A stretch of 64,000 bases of DNA, from the NCBI RefSeq assembly GCF_025612915.1, contig NC_069115.1, forward strand, positions 25,663,757 through 25,727,756. The letters are read 5' to 3'. Shown piece after piece: positions 13,601-27,413 of this stretch (its first letter is position 1; every line of letters starts with the position of its first letter). A program made the position numbers and the translations under genes. The notes beneath the pieces are model-generated. The model saw nothing but the letters and a program-made list of their open reading frames with translations, searched no databases and was not told where the DNA came from. This DNA is from Crassostrea angulata. Taxonomy: Eukaryota.

Positions 13601-16384
13601 CTTTTAAGGTGTTTGGGTTTTTAAGATAATTATAATTAATTAATTACTGTATTTTTGAAAATTAGGTCAATCCTGTTAATAGGGCGAAGGAGCCCTTTTT
13701 AGCAAAATAATAAAAAAAAAAGTATAAATAGGTCAACTTTGAAGAATTGGTCGAAAATTACCCCAAGTTTGAATGAATAAATGGTTTAATCCAATAACGT
13801 TATCATAGAAGCCTTTTACTCTTATTTTACAGTTTTAAACAAAACGGAAATAAAATGCATTCCTTAAATTAATACACATCGTAAGAAAATGTCTGAAATT
13901 GCATCAATATTTTGTAACCCATTTATTCAGTACGGCTGGATTAATTTAAGATCGTTTGTTTATCACTTCCTTGCAATGTGTGCAAACTGGTGTTAACCGG
14001 GGGATAGTAACCTAGCCTGGAGGCATGAATACGTATGGTAGCACATCCAACCTTGTGTTTTTAGCTCACCTAAGCTAATTATCTATCAATTCATTAAATA
14101 AATTTCTGTGTTATGGTATATATCTGGAAACATTATTACTTTTAATCCTTTTGAATTCATTATTATTGCATCATATCTATTACTATTTAGAAATCTTGAT
14201 TGAAAATTTCTTAAATTTTTGGATGCGTATAATGATATGATGTTTTAGAAAATTGTTCGGAAAATTAAGAATAAATTCGCAACTTTCATTGGGTGGTAAA
14301 ATCTGTAGATGTGGAAGGTAGCAAACATAATAGGTTGAATATTGACAGACATACCGCAACTGGCCATTACACAATGAACTTGACTGGCCATTATGTCTGA
14401 AGTGTATACACAAAATATAAACCTTTTTGGCTGCTTTATTATATTTTTTCAACCATTTTGAATTTTTATCAGCAAATATTGGCCAATGGCGGACGCAATC
14501 TGAAACCCTGTTGCAACTACAGTACTGTCAACGCGGATCCCGTATTTTCCGCGCACCCCCGCGGTCCAAATTGCAACATGGTTTAAACACCTGTCTCAGG
14601 TAAAAACCGCGTGCCCCTGTGGTTCAATCACCCATAATGACAACACCCCTGCGGTTTGAACGATCGATTACAGGTGTTAAAAAGTATCGAAAAGGAACAC
14701 GAGTTATCTCCCTCGATTAAAGAATATATAACATGCATTAAACATAAATGTAAGTTAACAAATGCATAAAGATAATCATGATCCTTTTATAGAAAATCAC
14801 ATATTTTGAAGGTAAATTTATATTTTTTAATATTTGCTGTTTATTTGGTAATACTCGGGTAATATTTTAATTCTAATCATTTAAAGCTGTTATCTGTACA
14901 ATCCAAGTTGAAATGAGCCATACCCGCAGGTGGTTGAAAAATCATGCTTTACTAACTAATTGATATATCGATATACGATTAAATTAAATTTTAAAATCTA
15001 ACCCAAAAAATGTAAAATTAATAAGACTTATGTACATAATTAAATATTTTACTTTATAAATATTCAGGTATGTATATTTTTATTTTCAATATCATATTAT
15101 CTTTTTATCCTATCAAACCGTTAAAAATTCATTCAAATTTTAAAAGTGGCTTAATGGCTCATTATTACGGAAAATCACGTCCTTATAATTGCTGTAACAA
15201 GCGTCATTGTTTTGATAAAAATTTTATAATTTGTTTGAAAAATTGATTTTAACCAGCTCTGTAGACTGACTAGTTGTAGCCTTATAAAAACACATGCCCA
15301 CAATTAAATGTTCAAAGGAAAATCAGTTCTCCTAATCAAAACACAAAGGAAAAAGGTACTCATAATTTTCACACATCGCACGGGTTTTATTCAGTTTTAA
15401 ACTAAGTGTTGCCCTGAAAAGATATATACACGTATATTCTGTGATTTTCATAAAACAATGGCTAGGCGTTCTGGTGTGCGTGAAGATAGACATTTTCTTG
15501 TGCGGTATTTTTGCGATGACAATTTTCAAGTGCGGAGTCGTGAGAATGTGAGAGTGACATTACGATCACTGTTGGTGAGGAGTATGATGTTCAGTGGGGC
15601 TGGGCCAAAGAAGTTGACAGAGCCGTTGTCCTTGATTCCGGATCCGACTAGGAACTTCGAGTGAAGATGAGAGAGATGGAGACCAGGACTGAGCCCTCAT
15701 CCCCAACACCTCCCGCAAGCCCGTTACAACACCAAAATCATTAAGTAGTTGATTTAATGTGCTAACTTAAGGATATTACGCAAGATTATGTAATTGTAAG
15801 GTCTACCCACGGTAAAAACGGGGTCATCCCCACCTCGTATTCACGCATCCATGTGATACCTTAAAATTTACCTGTCTATAGTCTGTATTAAAAAAATGTT
15901 AAGCAGTAAAATAAAAAGATAGTTGAAAACTTTAAATAATTACAAAAATAAAGATACTAGTTTACGTTTATAGAAAAATTGATTTATTGAAATAATATTG
16001 AATAAAAAATAAATAATGTTCACAAGATAAGTAGTTTCTACACAATTGCTGGTTAATTATTAAACAGACTATAGATATGTACATATTGTCTTCTTTTCTC
16101 CAGCTATTCAGATAACATGTAAAAATATTCCGAAATGCGTGTATTCCATTTATAATGTGGGTATGTGCGAGATAATACAATATCTCTAATGATATTTCAA
16201 AAAATTGCTTAATTGACCTTACTTAATATAACTAAAATATATCATATTTAAATTTTTAAAGTACTGGTTGATCGGGGATCATCGATCACCATGTGATGTT
16301 ATACACGGACTTGTCTCAGGCCTGTGTACTTTGGGCAGTCAAGCGGATAACGATTTCCTGTCAGTGCTTTGGTTGTTTATTTGA

Positions 16385-16388
16385 CACA

Positions 16389-16424
<36 letters not shown>

Positions 16425-16530
16425 ATTCTGATCACATTTTGTCCGTCGTCCGTCTGTCCGTCTGTCTGTCCGTCTGTCTGTCCGTCTGTAAACTTTTTAC
16501 ATTTTGAACTTCTTCTCTAAAACCGCTTAT

Positions 16531-16562
<32 letters not shown>

Positions 16563-16686
16563 TTATGTGAGGGCAAATATAAATTGCAAAAATAAAAGTC
16601 TGATCTGTATTCAAAGCGGAGAAAACCTTGAAACTGTAGAAAAAGGGGGGTGCATTTTTAAAATCTTTAAAAATTAAAAATTTAAT

Positions 16687-16717
<31 letters not shown>

Positions 16718-17880
16718 TTCCAATTCAACGTAGTTTAGCATAAATTATCCTTATGGGAAGGAAAATATAAATTGCAAAAATTAAGTGCTAATTCTGTTTC
16801 AAATCTGAGTTATTACGAAAATAATAATAAAGGAAATGCGTGTTTCAATCAGTTTAATAGCTTCGGGTTCGGCATCCGGTAATCCGGCATCTGGTAAAAT
16901 GGGTAGGCAAGACTTGGTCTGGGCAAAACAAAGATTGGCAGTTATTAATCTGCCAATCTAATTAAAATTTCAGGATATTTGATGGACTAGTATATTTGTA
17001 TTCGCTGTAAATATTGCTGCAAAATAATGCGTATTTGGAATTAATGATTGTCGATCTGCCTTGGCTTTTATTTTGCCACGGCCCGGGATTGCATACCCAT
17101 TTTACCTAGACTCGTATTCCATACTTCTAAAACGAGGTTCTTTGTTTAAAGCAGCCATGACATTTTACGAAAAAGGGTTGATCTGTCTATGATGAATTTG
17201 CTTGTTGTGCAACAGTTCGCGTATGAAGGGAAATTTTTGAAACATGCAAAATATTGTTGCCGATTTTGTGAAGTAAATTCAGGCTAAATATTTCAATGCG
17301 TTGACAGTTTTCACACATGACGTTGGTGTTAACTTGTTCCGATTTTCGTTTCGTTTTCATTATTTCTGCTTGTAACCTGGGAACTATCGTCTGTATTATT
17401 TCGTGATTTTTACGTATCAAATCAAACAGAGACTTCGGTAAATCAAACAGTTAACTGTTTACCTGCGCACATTAAGCAAAATCTGATGTATCAAAAAATA
17501 ATGAAATACAATTCATTCTATCGGTAATTCGATCGGCATTATCTTTTGCGTAATGGTAGATTAATGCAATAGGTTTTGTTGCGATGCTCGGCATTTTCTC
17601 GAGTTTATTCAGTTTAAATAAAGTTTGACATTGCTGACGGAAATATGTAGGTATATACATGTATATATATGATTCATTTCGAAAAAATAAATTGTTCTTT
17701 ATTTGTTATAGTGAATGTTTCTTGTGTTTAATTGTTTTCAATTTCTATTTACTAACCATATTTGAGGGTTAAGCTTCAAATTATAAGCAAGATACAGAGA
17801 TTTGCTCACAATTCTATGTTTGTACACAGATCTTAAAAACTAAAGATTAAAAAAGTAAAAAATTTGTCAATATTTATTAA
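16385..17880. repeat. Segmental duplication copy A (copy B at 54968-56230), beginning with a TTAGCTCACCTGAGCTGAAAGCTCAAGTGAGC..(GTCC/GTCT)n element
   Basis: Collinear at over 90% identity apart from the 245-bp MITE indel. Other copies of the GCTCACCTGAGC-headed element are at 29975-30200, 31975-32400 and 62945-63110. The family's 3' terminus ..GCTCAGGTGAGCGATGTGGCCCCATGGGCCTCTTG is seen at 25715-25760, 57536-57575 and 58525-58570. Confidence 0.75.
16868..17112. mobile_element. Small MITE-like insertion/indel (TIR core GGTAAAATGGGTAGGC / GCATACCCATTTTACC) present in one copy of a segmental duplication
   Basis: Present at 16868-17112 but absent from the otherwise collinear duplicate around 55440-55460. 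Shares the AAAATGGGTAG core with the MITE at 4433-4644. Confidence 0.4.
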
Positions 17881-18639
17881 GAGGCAGTCTACCATAGAAC
17901 CATGCAAATGGCTATCAATGGAAGTATATCGAAATTTCATGAGACTTGGCACAGATATTCATGATAACCTAACTCGATTATAATGAGAATGATTTTTATT
18001 ACATTACATCAGTAACTATGGAAACGGATGGTACTTGGGTTTTTCCCTTGTTCTATTTATAGAACTTTTGAAAAATTAGACAGCATACAATTCTTTTTAG
18101 TTTACTGGAAATATTACACACTGCAATTGAATGAAACCCGTTTCTTCACATTGTGAAAACCCATAGGTATTCTGAATAATAAGGAATTTAAATTTCTAAA
18201 CACAATACACAAAGATATGTGGGCCTTAACTTCATGAAAATACTGAAATTTTACCAAAATTGACCTATTTGCACTAAAACTGGCATAACTGCCCAAGAAA
18301 CGCATCAATTAATATAATATTTTGTCAGCTTATATGGTCTTTATTTGTCTTTAATCTGGTTGAGGGAATTTGGTTGCAAATGAAATTCAGTGGAAATTTT
18401 GGGGGGGTGGGTGGATTTGGGAGGGGGTTGGGGTGGACATGGTGCACTTTTATCTAGGGTAAGAAAAATGCTATTACATAATTATTTAGATTTTCCTTGC
18501 CAAATAAAACAAGTAGTAATGGAGAATTAAGTAGTCTTAAAAATTAAACACACAGAATTACTATGAATTGCCCTCAGGCGGGGGGGGGGGGGGGGGGGGG
18601 GCTGCAATTGAAAGGAAACTTGGACCATTAAGTTTGTCA

Positions 18640-18735
18640 CCTAACAGCGACGCGCAGTGGGTTAGAGGGTGTACTACGAATCTGTAAGTCATGAGTTTGA
18701 CTCCCGCTCTGGGTTTTTACAATTTTTACCTCTCC
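18640..18735 (+). other. tRNA-derived SINE-like head with Pol III A-box/B-box-like motifs followed by a T-run
   Basis: GCGCAGTGGG (A-box-like) at about 18648 and GAGTTTGACTCC (B-box-like, GGTTCGANTCC 9/11) at about 18702, then TTTTT at 18714. No cloverleaf can be drawn, so this is not a functional tRNA. Confidence 0.25.
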
Positions 18736-19449
18736 AAATATTTTTAAAAGCTCTTTTTTGGTTAAATATTGTAAAATTTGAAAATTTTAAACCGGTGAAA
18801 GTATTTCAATCACAATGTACATTAATCCATATTAAAATCGAATTATGTCCCACAGCACCTCAATTTATATAAGCATCCGCTTTGACATTAAACTGTTAAA
18901 ATACAATAACAATGGATTTCATGTTACATGTATTCAAATTTAAATGAATGTACATATCAAACATTTTTTTTATCATATACATTTGTATTTTTGAGCAGAG
19001 TTTACAACATAAGTATATTGTTAAGATGATATCTGAGAAGAACACAGCAAATAACAATCTTTAACTTAATAAATAACCTGTTTAATATTCATGGATTATT
19101 TGTTACAGTTATAAACTTCAAAATGTAGATATAACCACCTGATATGAAAAAAAAAATCCTGAAAAGCCTACATGTAACACTCATTTATAAGAAATACTTG
19201 TAATGAGCCTTTGCTTCAAATGGAGCAAAAAGCAAAGACCAAATTATTGCAGTTATTTTCATGAAATATGAAAAGCCATTGTTTATAAAGCTATGAAATA
19301 AAATATGCAATACAACCAAATTTCAACCTACAATGAATACATCGGAAAGAGAATTTTAATTTCAGAAAAAAAGATACAAAATCAGTGAATTGAAATATTC
19401 ATTATTCAGTTACATACGAAAAAAAGACAGAGATGTGCAATTAATTTAA

Positions 19450-20790
19450 ATTTAGAAAGTTATCATCATCAATTAATACATGTATCCCTATTAGCCAAAT
19501 AACATCATCAATAATACATGTAGTGCTATTAGTCAAGTAAAATCATCAATTTATACATGTAGCAATAGTGGACAACTATTATCAATTAATACATGTATCA
19601 CTTTTGGCCAAATAACAACATCAATTCATACATGTAGTGCTATTAGTCAAATAAAATCATTAATTTATACATGTAGCCGTATAAGACATCTATTTTCAAT
19701 TCATACATTTAACACTGTTAGACAAATACATGTATTACCATCAATTTATACATGTAGCACTAATAACCAAACACCAACAATTCACACATGTAGCACTTAT
19801 CTTTTAGTCAAATAAAATCATAAATTCATACATGTAGTGCTATTGAACAACCTTTATCATCATTCATACATGTTGCACTAAAAGCTAAATAACATTATTG
19901 ATTCATACATATAGCACTGATAACCAAACAACATCAATTCATACATGAATCACTATTTGCCAATTAACATCATCAATTTAAACATGTAGCAATTTAAGAC
20001 AACAATGATCATTAATTCATGAATGTACATGTTTCACTATTGGCCAAATAACATCATTAATTCATGTAGCGCTGTTAGCCAAATACATGTAACCTCATCA
20101 ATTCATACATGTGGCGCTACTAGTCTAAGAACATCATCAATTCAAACGTATAGCACAATTAGCTAGCCAGGTAACACCATCAATTCACACTAGTGCTATA
20201 AGTCAACTTTTATCATCAAATCATTCATAAAGTTTACATCCTCAATTGATACACGTAGCGCTATTGGCCAAATAACAATCAATTCATACCTGTAGCGCTA
20301 TTAGTACAAAAACATTATCAATTCATATATGTGTAGTGCTAATAGAGGACTAACATCATCATTCGTACATGAAATGCTATTATAGAACAGACAACATCAA
20401 GTCATATATTAATTATGTAATGTTTTTAGCAAACTTACATCATCAATTCCTTCTTGTAGCACTATTAGACAAATAAAATTATCAATTCATACATGTAGCA
20501 CTATTAAATAACTAACATCATTAATTCATACATGTAGAGCTACTCGCCAACATTCATACATGTAGCACTTTTGGCCAAATAACATCATCAATTCATACAA
20601 GTGATGTTAGACAACTCTTATCATCAAATCATTAATGAAGTGCTATTATCTAGCTTACATCCTCAATTGATACATGTTTGTCTATTAATGGCCTAAAATA
20701 ATCAATTTATACCTGTAGCGCTATTAGAAGACTTACGTCATCAACTCATACACATGTAGTGCTATTAGAGGACTAACATTATATAAATAG
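19450..20790. repeat. Satellite/minisatellite array, about 39-43-bp unit (..ATCATCAATTCATACATGTAGCACTATTAGCCAAATAAC..), about 32 copies
   Basis: Head-to-tail degenerate repeats with conserved CATACATGTAGC and ATCAATT cores across about 1.3 kb. Confidence 0.8.
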
Positions 20791-20914
20791 TGCCTGTTTG
20801 GGAGGGTAACAGTTGAAATTGACACCCCAAGGACACCATTGTCAACCGACGCGAAGCGGAGGTTGACAATGGTTTTCGAGTAGTATTTAACATGAAAATA
20901 TAATTAATATGAAT

Positions 20915-21102
20915 TCATGCATGTATCACAATTCTCTTTGAATACTGAAGTTGATCAAGATTCATAGATGGCTGTGATTTTACAGGGGAGTACTTTCCAT
21001 ATGACAATAATTTCACAGCTTCATTTAAGATTTCATGCTCTGTTCTTTCATCTTTGGACTGATCAGACCCCACAGTTTTCTGAGATGACAGAAGATCAAA
21101 AT
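20915..21102 (-). CDS. Unknown gene, terminal exon (DFDLLSSQKTVGSDQSKDERTEHEILNEAVKLLSYGKYSPVKSQPSMNLDQLQYSKRIVIHA*)
   Basis: Acceptor attttcag|AT with phase-1 entry. 62 open codons end at TGA (20915-20917). Acidic and Ser-rich. No family recognised. Confidence 0.35.
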
Positions 21103-21577
21103 CTGAAAATAAATATATACCGGTATATTCATTAAAATATATGTATTCAAAGTATTAGACTAAACTCAGCTGTTGGATACACACATATATGTACCACTAT
21201 AATACACATGTAAAGCATTGACAGCTTTAATAACAACTATATGACATTTCAGAAAAAATTATGCATTGTAAAATTTACATATGATAATCATTTCAAGTGG
21301 CAGCCAATCTTTGAATGACCTCGATCCATAAGATGATCACAGTGACTTTTATCTACATTTAGCATTGTCCTTGTGCCTGAATCACATTTAAACTCATTGA
21401 ACTGTAAAACTGAAATTCAACCATACAGTTCAAGAAACATATATACCACCCATGCGGCAATAATGAAAAGGGTCAAAAAATTCATATTTGGAATATCTAT
21501 GATAATCTATGATAATAATGCCAAGTATGCGTCATTAATCATCTTGTACATCATGTAATATTTTTTCACTGTTATAC

Positions 21578-21652
21578 CTCTTGGGTTAGAAAATGATATA
21601 TCAGCGTCCATTGCTTCAGAATCTGTAGTTCTCTCTAATAAACAGCATATTT
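21578..21652 (-). CDS. Unknown gene, exon (EICCLLERTTDSEAMDADISFSNPR)
   Basis: Acceptor ttttgtag|AA and donor AAGAG|gtataa. Phases are consistent with both neighbouring exons. Confidence 0.35.
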
Positions 21653-22248
21653 CTACAAAAGAGTACATTTAATGTATATCTAATATACCGGTAATGTATA
21701 TGTAGTCTATATATTAACAAAAATATAGCCAAATCTTATTTCTGATTTTCATACACAATATCTAATGTACATATACAAGTATCAATTGGATATCCCAAAT
21801 GTTGATTAGTTGAACTCTCAATTATAGACATATTGTAAAATAACTAAATATAAAGTGTAGATGATTAAAGATTTTTAACCATTAAAAGACACTGTTATTA
21901 TCAGTTAATCTAATGTTGTCCAGCTAAATAAGTTTTTAGCATGAATACAAACTATAATGCTATCTTAATGGGACAAATACATTAACCATTTGAAATTCCC
22001 TTTGATTTTTAAGACATTTTTATGCATAAACCTGTTTTTCTCTTAAATACTTAAATGAAAGATCCAGGCCTGGCATGCCCCGCCCCCCCCCCCCCCCCCC
22101 CCCCCTTAATATCTTTGTTCTTACATGTAGTACTCCTCAACTCGATCCTTTGTATTTATATTTTCTGTTTCATATGTAATGTACAACAAAGTTTTATGAG
22201 TTGAATACATAATAATAATTCAGTCAATCAACTGTGTAAAAAACACAC

Positions 22249-22318
22249 CTTTCAACTCCTCCTTCAGATCTGTATTAATCTTGACACAGTTTTCTCTCAA
22301 TGCGTTTTCTGCGAACAC
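22249..22318 (-). CDS. Unknown gene, exon (VFAENALRENCVKINTDLKEELK)
   Basis: Acceptor ccattaatag|GTG and donor TTGAAAG|gtgtgt. Phase-1 exit matches the next exon. Confidence 0.35.
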
Positions 22319-24407
22319 CTATTAATGGTAAAATTCCAAACATCTGATCATTCTGATGTGTCCATTATGCATTAATTTCCCCGTAAACGTTGGTTCATTT
22401 AACAGAGTTTTTGTTCATAATCAAAACAATAATTTATCAGTGACAACAGGTAAGGAAATTGAGATCAAGCATGGGTTTATAAAAGCACTAATTCATTCCT
22501 TGAATAATAAAAATAGGTTTTCAAATTTGTATGAGTATTTCAACAAGTAAATTTTAAGTTTAGAACACTATACCACTATAAAAACTGAACTGTATATCTT
22601 TTCCATAGATATCTAATAAAATTGGGAGGGGGGCAGTTTTAATCTGATATTGATGTGCATTTATTTTATGCATACATACATGTAGTTTGTCCTAGCAATA
22701 TTTACTGGTACACATAAGAGTACTGTTATATAAATATTTTTGGTTTGTTAAGAATTATGTCATTGGGTAAAGGCAATTTTTTCTTACCAGAACCAGTTGG
22801 AAAATGTGTGCTCAGCTTCATCCATGTCTCTCGGCTTTGAATGAATGTAATTCCACTCGCGATTATGCCAGATTGAGATTGTTTATGTAGTGAATGACAG
22901 CATGTTCTCCTTTTCCTTTTCCACTGAATTCCATATTCCTGCCTGTGTTTAGGACACTACGCCCGCTGAAAATTGACAGCCTCAACCCATGCACACCAGC
23001 ACGATGATTCTGGTATTTGTACAAAATCTGACTCAGAGGTACATTAAAAAAATCTCAAGTGTGCTGAAGTGTTTTTCTTACAATCCTAAAGTATATTATC
23101 TGCTTTCTCTTTACAATTTTCACCAAAACTACATTTCAAACCATCCATTTTGTTGACATCTGGCTTTCTCCAATCATTCTTCTTTATCTTCTTTACACGA
23201 GAGTTCCACAAAGGGAGATAATTTAATTTGTAAAAATCCCGAATTTAAACACCGGAATATAAGCTTAATATTTATTTGCAACCAAATTCCCATTTAAATA
23301 TATTTTTTTATGGACAATTCTATTGTTTGAACCAAGAAACTCTAAATTTAAAACGTTTCTTGAGGTTTTATATCCTACTAAGAGAAGTAGTGTGTTTTGG
23401 ACATTACCTATCTTATTATAATATTTGATCATCTAGCTTAAAATCAACGAATGAATTAAAAAATATGTGTGCACCAAATCAAAGGTATTTGTATCAGATG
23501 TTATGTGAATCTGACTCCATGTATGATTAAACTCTATTTAATACTTAAATGACTCTATGAAATTAGCCTTATTCATGCATGAAATTTATTATGAATAATG
23601 AGCTAAAAATAGAAATGGTCTTATCTGGGGGATTTCAGTGGTGCAGATAAATTTAACCATGAAAATTTGATAAAATAGACAATATACTTTAGATATATCC
23701 AGATAAACTATGAAAATTAATCTACACCCTTCATTATAAAATTTTGATTTTGCATGGTTCTATCGTAGACTGCCTCTTAAGAAAATTTTCAAAGTCTGTT
23801 CGTTCAGAAGCCAACTTTAACATCTTATTGTATTGTAAACTTAACCTTTTTTCGTCATTATTACTCCTACTGTACATGTGATCCTGGACTGTGTTTGTGT
23901 ACATTTGTATAAACTGATTTTGAACCTCAAATACCAGTGAACGGGTCTTGAGTGAATAAAAGAATATAAAATCTTAGGCCATTCTTTTTTTCCATTTTAA
24001 ATGCTGAATAGGAAATACCAAGTTAAAAATCATAAGCTGAATGTAATAAACTCATGTGAACAAATTATGAATCAAACCTAGGCGAACTGTGAGCTCTGTA
24101 TCTTGCTTATAATTCTACAATTGACGCTGAAATTTTGGTTGAACATTAGAAAATCTCTATGAATTAGAGTATGTTAAAAACTTGTACAAACAAAATAAAA
24201 GAATGATACTGTGAAATCATTAGATTTCGTGGTGGCTTATTTTTCGTGGAATTCGTGGGTACCTCTCATCCACGAAATAACATCCTTCACGAATTGATGA
24301 ATTAGGGTAATAAAGTCATATTCCCTTTTGTAGATATATATGAATACACGAAATTACATCCCCATGAACCTGTAAAATTTAAGTCATCCACGAAAATTGG
24401 CCCCACG

Positions 24408-24990
24408 AAAGGACTATGTGCAGGTATTGCCAAATATCTGCCCCCGATTTCAACCAACTTTTAAATGGTATCGTATGAAAATGAAATCTTCACAAATCAT
24501 TGTAAAGAGGATGCCTATAACTTTAATCTTGATTTTAGTCATCATTGCTCACTCGCTGTTTATCTATGACGTCACTTAAATGACCTAATTCCCGCAAATT
24601 TGCAAACAAATGAAGATATTCTCATTTTTGCTGTATATTTTGCATTCGGAAGTATAGAGCGCAGGTCTGCTCAAGTGCGATTTTAACATATGTTTTTCTT
24701 CAGATAGTTATACATATCATACTAAAAAATGGTACTTGAGCAAGCCTGCGCTCGATGTTTCCCAGTCGAAAAACCATCGGAAAACACCCATATTTTGCTT
24801 CAAAACACCAATCTATCAAAATAATGCAATATTCATGACGTCATTTCTACATTATGACGTCACTGTGGTGATAACCTTTTACACCTTTATTTCCAATATG
24901 ATTTTAACTATCTTTCACCTTATTTTAAAGCTCTTTCTAAAACTTTGATTTTGGGGGGCAAAAATTGCATAAAAGCGCACTTAGTCCTTT
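24408..24990. repeat. About 580-bp interspersed element, copy 2
   Basis: See copy 1. Immediately preceded (24210-24407) by a CGTGG/CCACGAA-rich segment that also occurs at 27414-27540 and 28900-28990. Confidence 0.8.
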
Positions 24991-25846
24991 AATGATTCCA
25001 CAGTATTCTGTATATATCTACTCTCTGGGGCCCTCTCTTTATACAATAAATAATGTGAAATCTACATCAATTTTGATAGTTTTTCAGACACGAGTAAATA
25101 AAAACGACATCTTTAAAACAGTTTCCATATTTCTGACACATTTCTGTTGCGGGGATAAAGTAATTATCGCTATTCCTAAGAATATCACAGCGGAAAATTA
25201 TCCTGGTTTGTACGCGAAGTAAATAACAGTCATTTAATTATAATGGAGAAGACAAATAAAATTTTTGAATGTTTTTAATTTGAGGAATTGAGCACATTGA
25301 GGTACAATTTTCTTCTTCACATCTATACATGTAGTGTTTCTAAAATAAAAAACAATAACTATTATTTTTTTTTAATACAATAACTAGTAAGTACTGAGTA
25401 GTTGATGAAAAAAAATGTACCTATATGCTCTCATATATTTTGATCGCTTTACAAAGTGAGTGGGGGGGGGGGGGGGGCAGAACGAAAATATAGGGATTTG
25501 GAAGTTAACAACTTAACAGTATACCTCTACCAAATGTTTAGTTTTATATCTTGCGTAGAAATTCTTATTCTGGTAAAAAATAGTATTTCATTAAGGTACA
25601 ATGTCAAAGATTACATGTATACAAAAAAAAGTGTAAAATTCGAATACTTTACAATATTTATTTTTTGTTTTTCTACTGAGGGACCATATGGCACAATATC
25701 TTTTGAACGCCCATTGTTGCTCAGGTGAGCGATGTGGCCCCATGGGCCTCTTGTTAGAAAAACAGGAATCAAATTTGAATTTTCATGTTGCCAGTATTTT
25801 GCTTACAGAGTGTCATCGATGCAAATATTCTCTGTTTATGATCTTC

Positions 25847-25887
<41 letters not shown>

Positions 25888-27413
25888 ATTAAGGTGTAAT
25901 TTTACCTACTTTCATTTGAACTATACCAATTTTAAATATTCATAAATTATTATTCATATAATAATAGGGTACATTGTAATTGAATCCAACATGCAGTTAA
26001 GTCCGAGTCCACGTGCTACACCCGTCAATCAAATCAGCGTGCTAGCTGCACTACGCGTTCCTTCCATGGTAAATTAAAGGAAAAAAGTTTTGTTCTGTAA
26101 ATTTTCATTCTCTCCATTAGTTTATATTGAAGGTTTAATGGTTTATTTGCGGAGAGGAACATCATAAAACATGTATAACAATTTAAGAACAAAGTAAAAT
26201 GAAACAATAATTGTTGTTTGATACGGGTAGAATTCCTTGTGGTCACTCGTTTCACGGATGACCCACCAGTCTATACATGTACCTGTGCATTCAAGCGTAG
26301 AGTGGATTTCCTGTCAGTGCGATGGTTTCACACCTTTGTGTAAAACAATTGGGACTAAAGTTAAATACAGTTTACTTTGACAGTCATAAAAACTTTGATG
26401 GGGGGGGGGGGGCTACGAAAAACGTTATTCGCAACTGTTACAACATATTTTAGCACCTTTATTTACAATCAACACACATAAAATGATAATGTCATGTAGT
26501 ATTTTCAGAGTAAAGAAAAATTTTCATTTTATGTCATTGATCGTAAGGTGAACGTTCACTGTGAAGCATGTGCTTGTCACGGACTATAGTATAACATTTG
26601 CTGTCTTGAGCATCGAGAGACCAAGCCGTAATGATATGGATTTAAAAATATTTAGAGTCGGAAATGTTTAAAAAATCGGTATTTTTTTTTATAGTTTTTA
26701 TCTTATCCTACATGTTTGTACATTATATTAGGAAAATGATTAAAATAAAATGTCTTCGAAATAATAGCTTTATCCATCGTTACATGAAAATTGTTACGGG
26801 TGCATATAATTATTTAATTAAAATTTTTGAGTTTTGAAAACGTGCATTTAATACATAATCATTTAATGTGAAATGAAGCAATTCATCAGACATTACCAGT
26901 AAATAATGATTCTTAATATTAGGTGGACGTCTTATTGTGTAATAGCATACAGGTAAAAATCTCAGATCACCTTGTTCAACAGTAGGTCACACTGCCGCGG
27001 TTTAAACATGGCTGCAGTGAGGAACGCTGTAACGCGGAAAGGATTAATTAACCGCGGGGGAGTGCGGTTAAAAACGGGATCCGCGATGACAGTACAGTAC
27101 AGTCGCACCTGCTGTTACGCCCACCTTTAATCAGCGGCCACTCGCCATGAGTGACTAGTTTCAATCCTGCCCGTTTAGTTTTTCACTATATTTTAACTCA
27201 TTTAAGCGGCCACCTGTCTAACATAGCCAGTGACCAGTATTTTTAGGTCCTGTGCTTTCAACATGCCTGTTTTGAAGGGCCATTTTGTCTGTTTTGTCAC
27301 ATGACTTCTGACACTGACATGTGACACCGTATGGAAAGAAGCCACACTTAGACAGCGGATAATGAGTTTATGATAAATAATTTAGTGTGTAATTTGAATT
27401 CTGCTAAGATTTA

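Noticed and set aside
15458-15664. 68-aa ORF (MARRSGVREDRHFLV...) in a locally GC-richer patch
   Set aside because: No splice signals, no recognisable domain, and an overlapping alternative frame is equally open. Treated as chance ORF.
18640-18735. Possible tRNA gene
   Set aside because: A- and B-box-like motifs are present but no acceptor/anticodon/T-arm cloverleaf can be formed. Interpreted as a SINE-like head, not a tRNA.
19450-20790. Regularly spaced repeats considered as a CRISPR array
   Set aside because: Eukaryotic context. Units are degenerate and contiguous with no unique spacers; it is a satellite.
22788-22825. Candidate first exon MDEAEHTFSNWF with excellent donor CTG|gtaaga
   Set aside because: Phase-2 exit is incompatible with the next identified exon (22249-22318; joining creates an in-frame stop). 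Kept only as a note.
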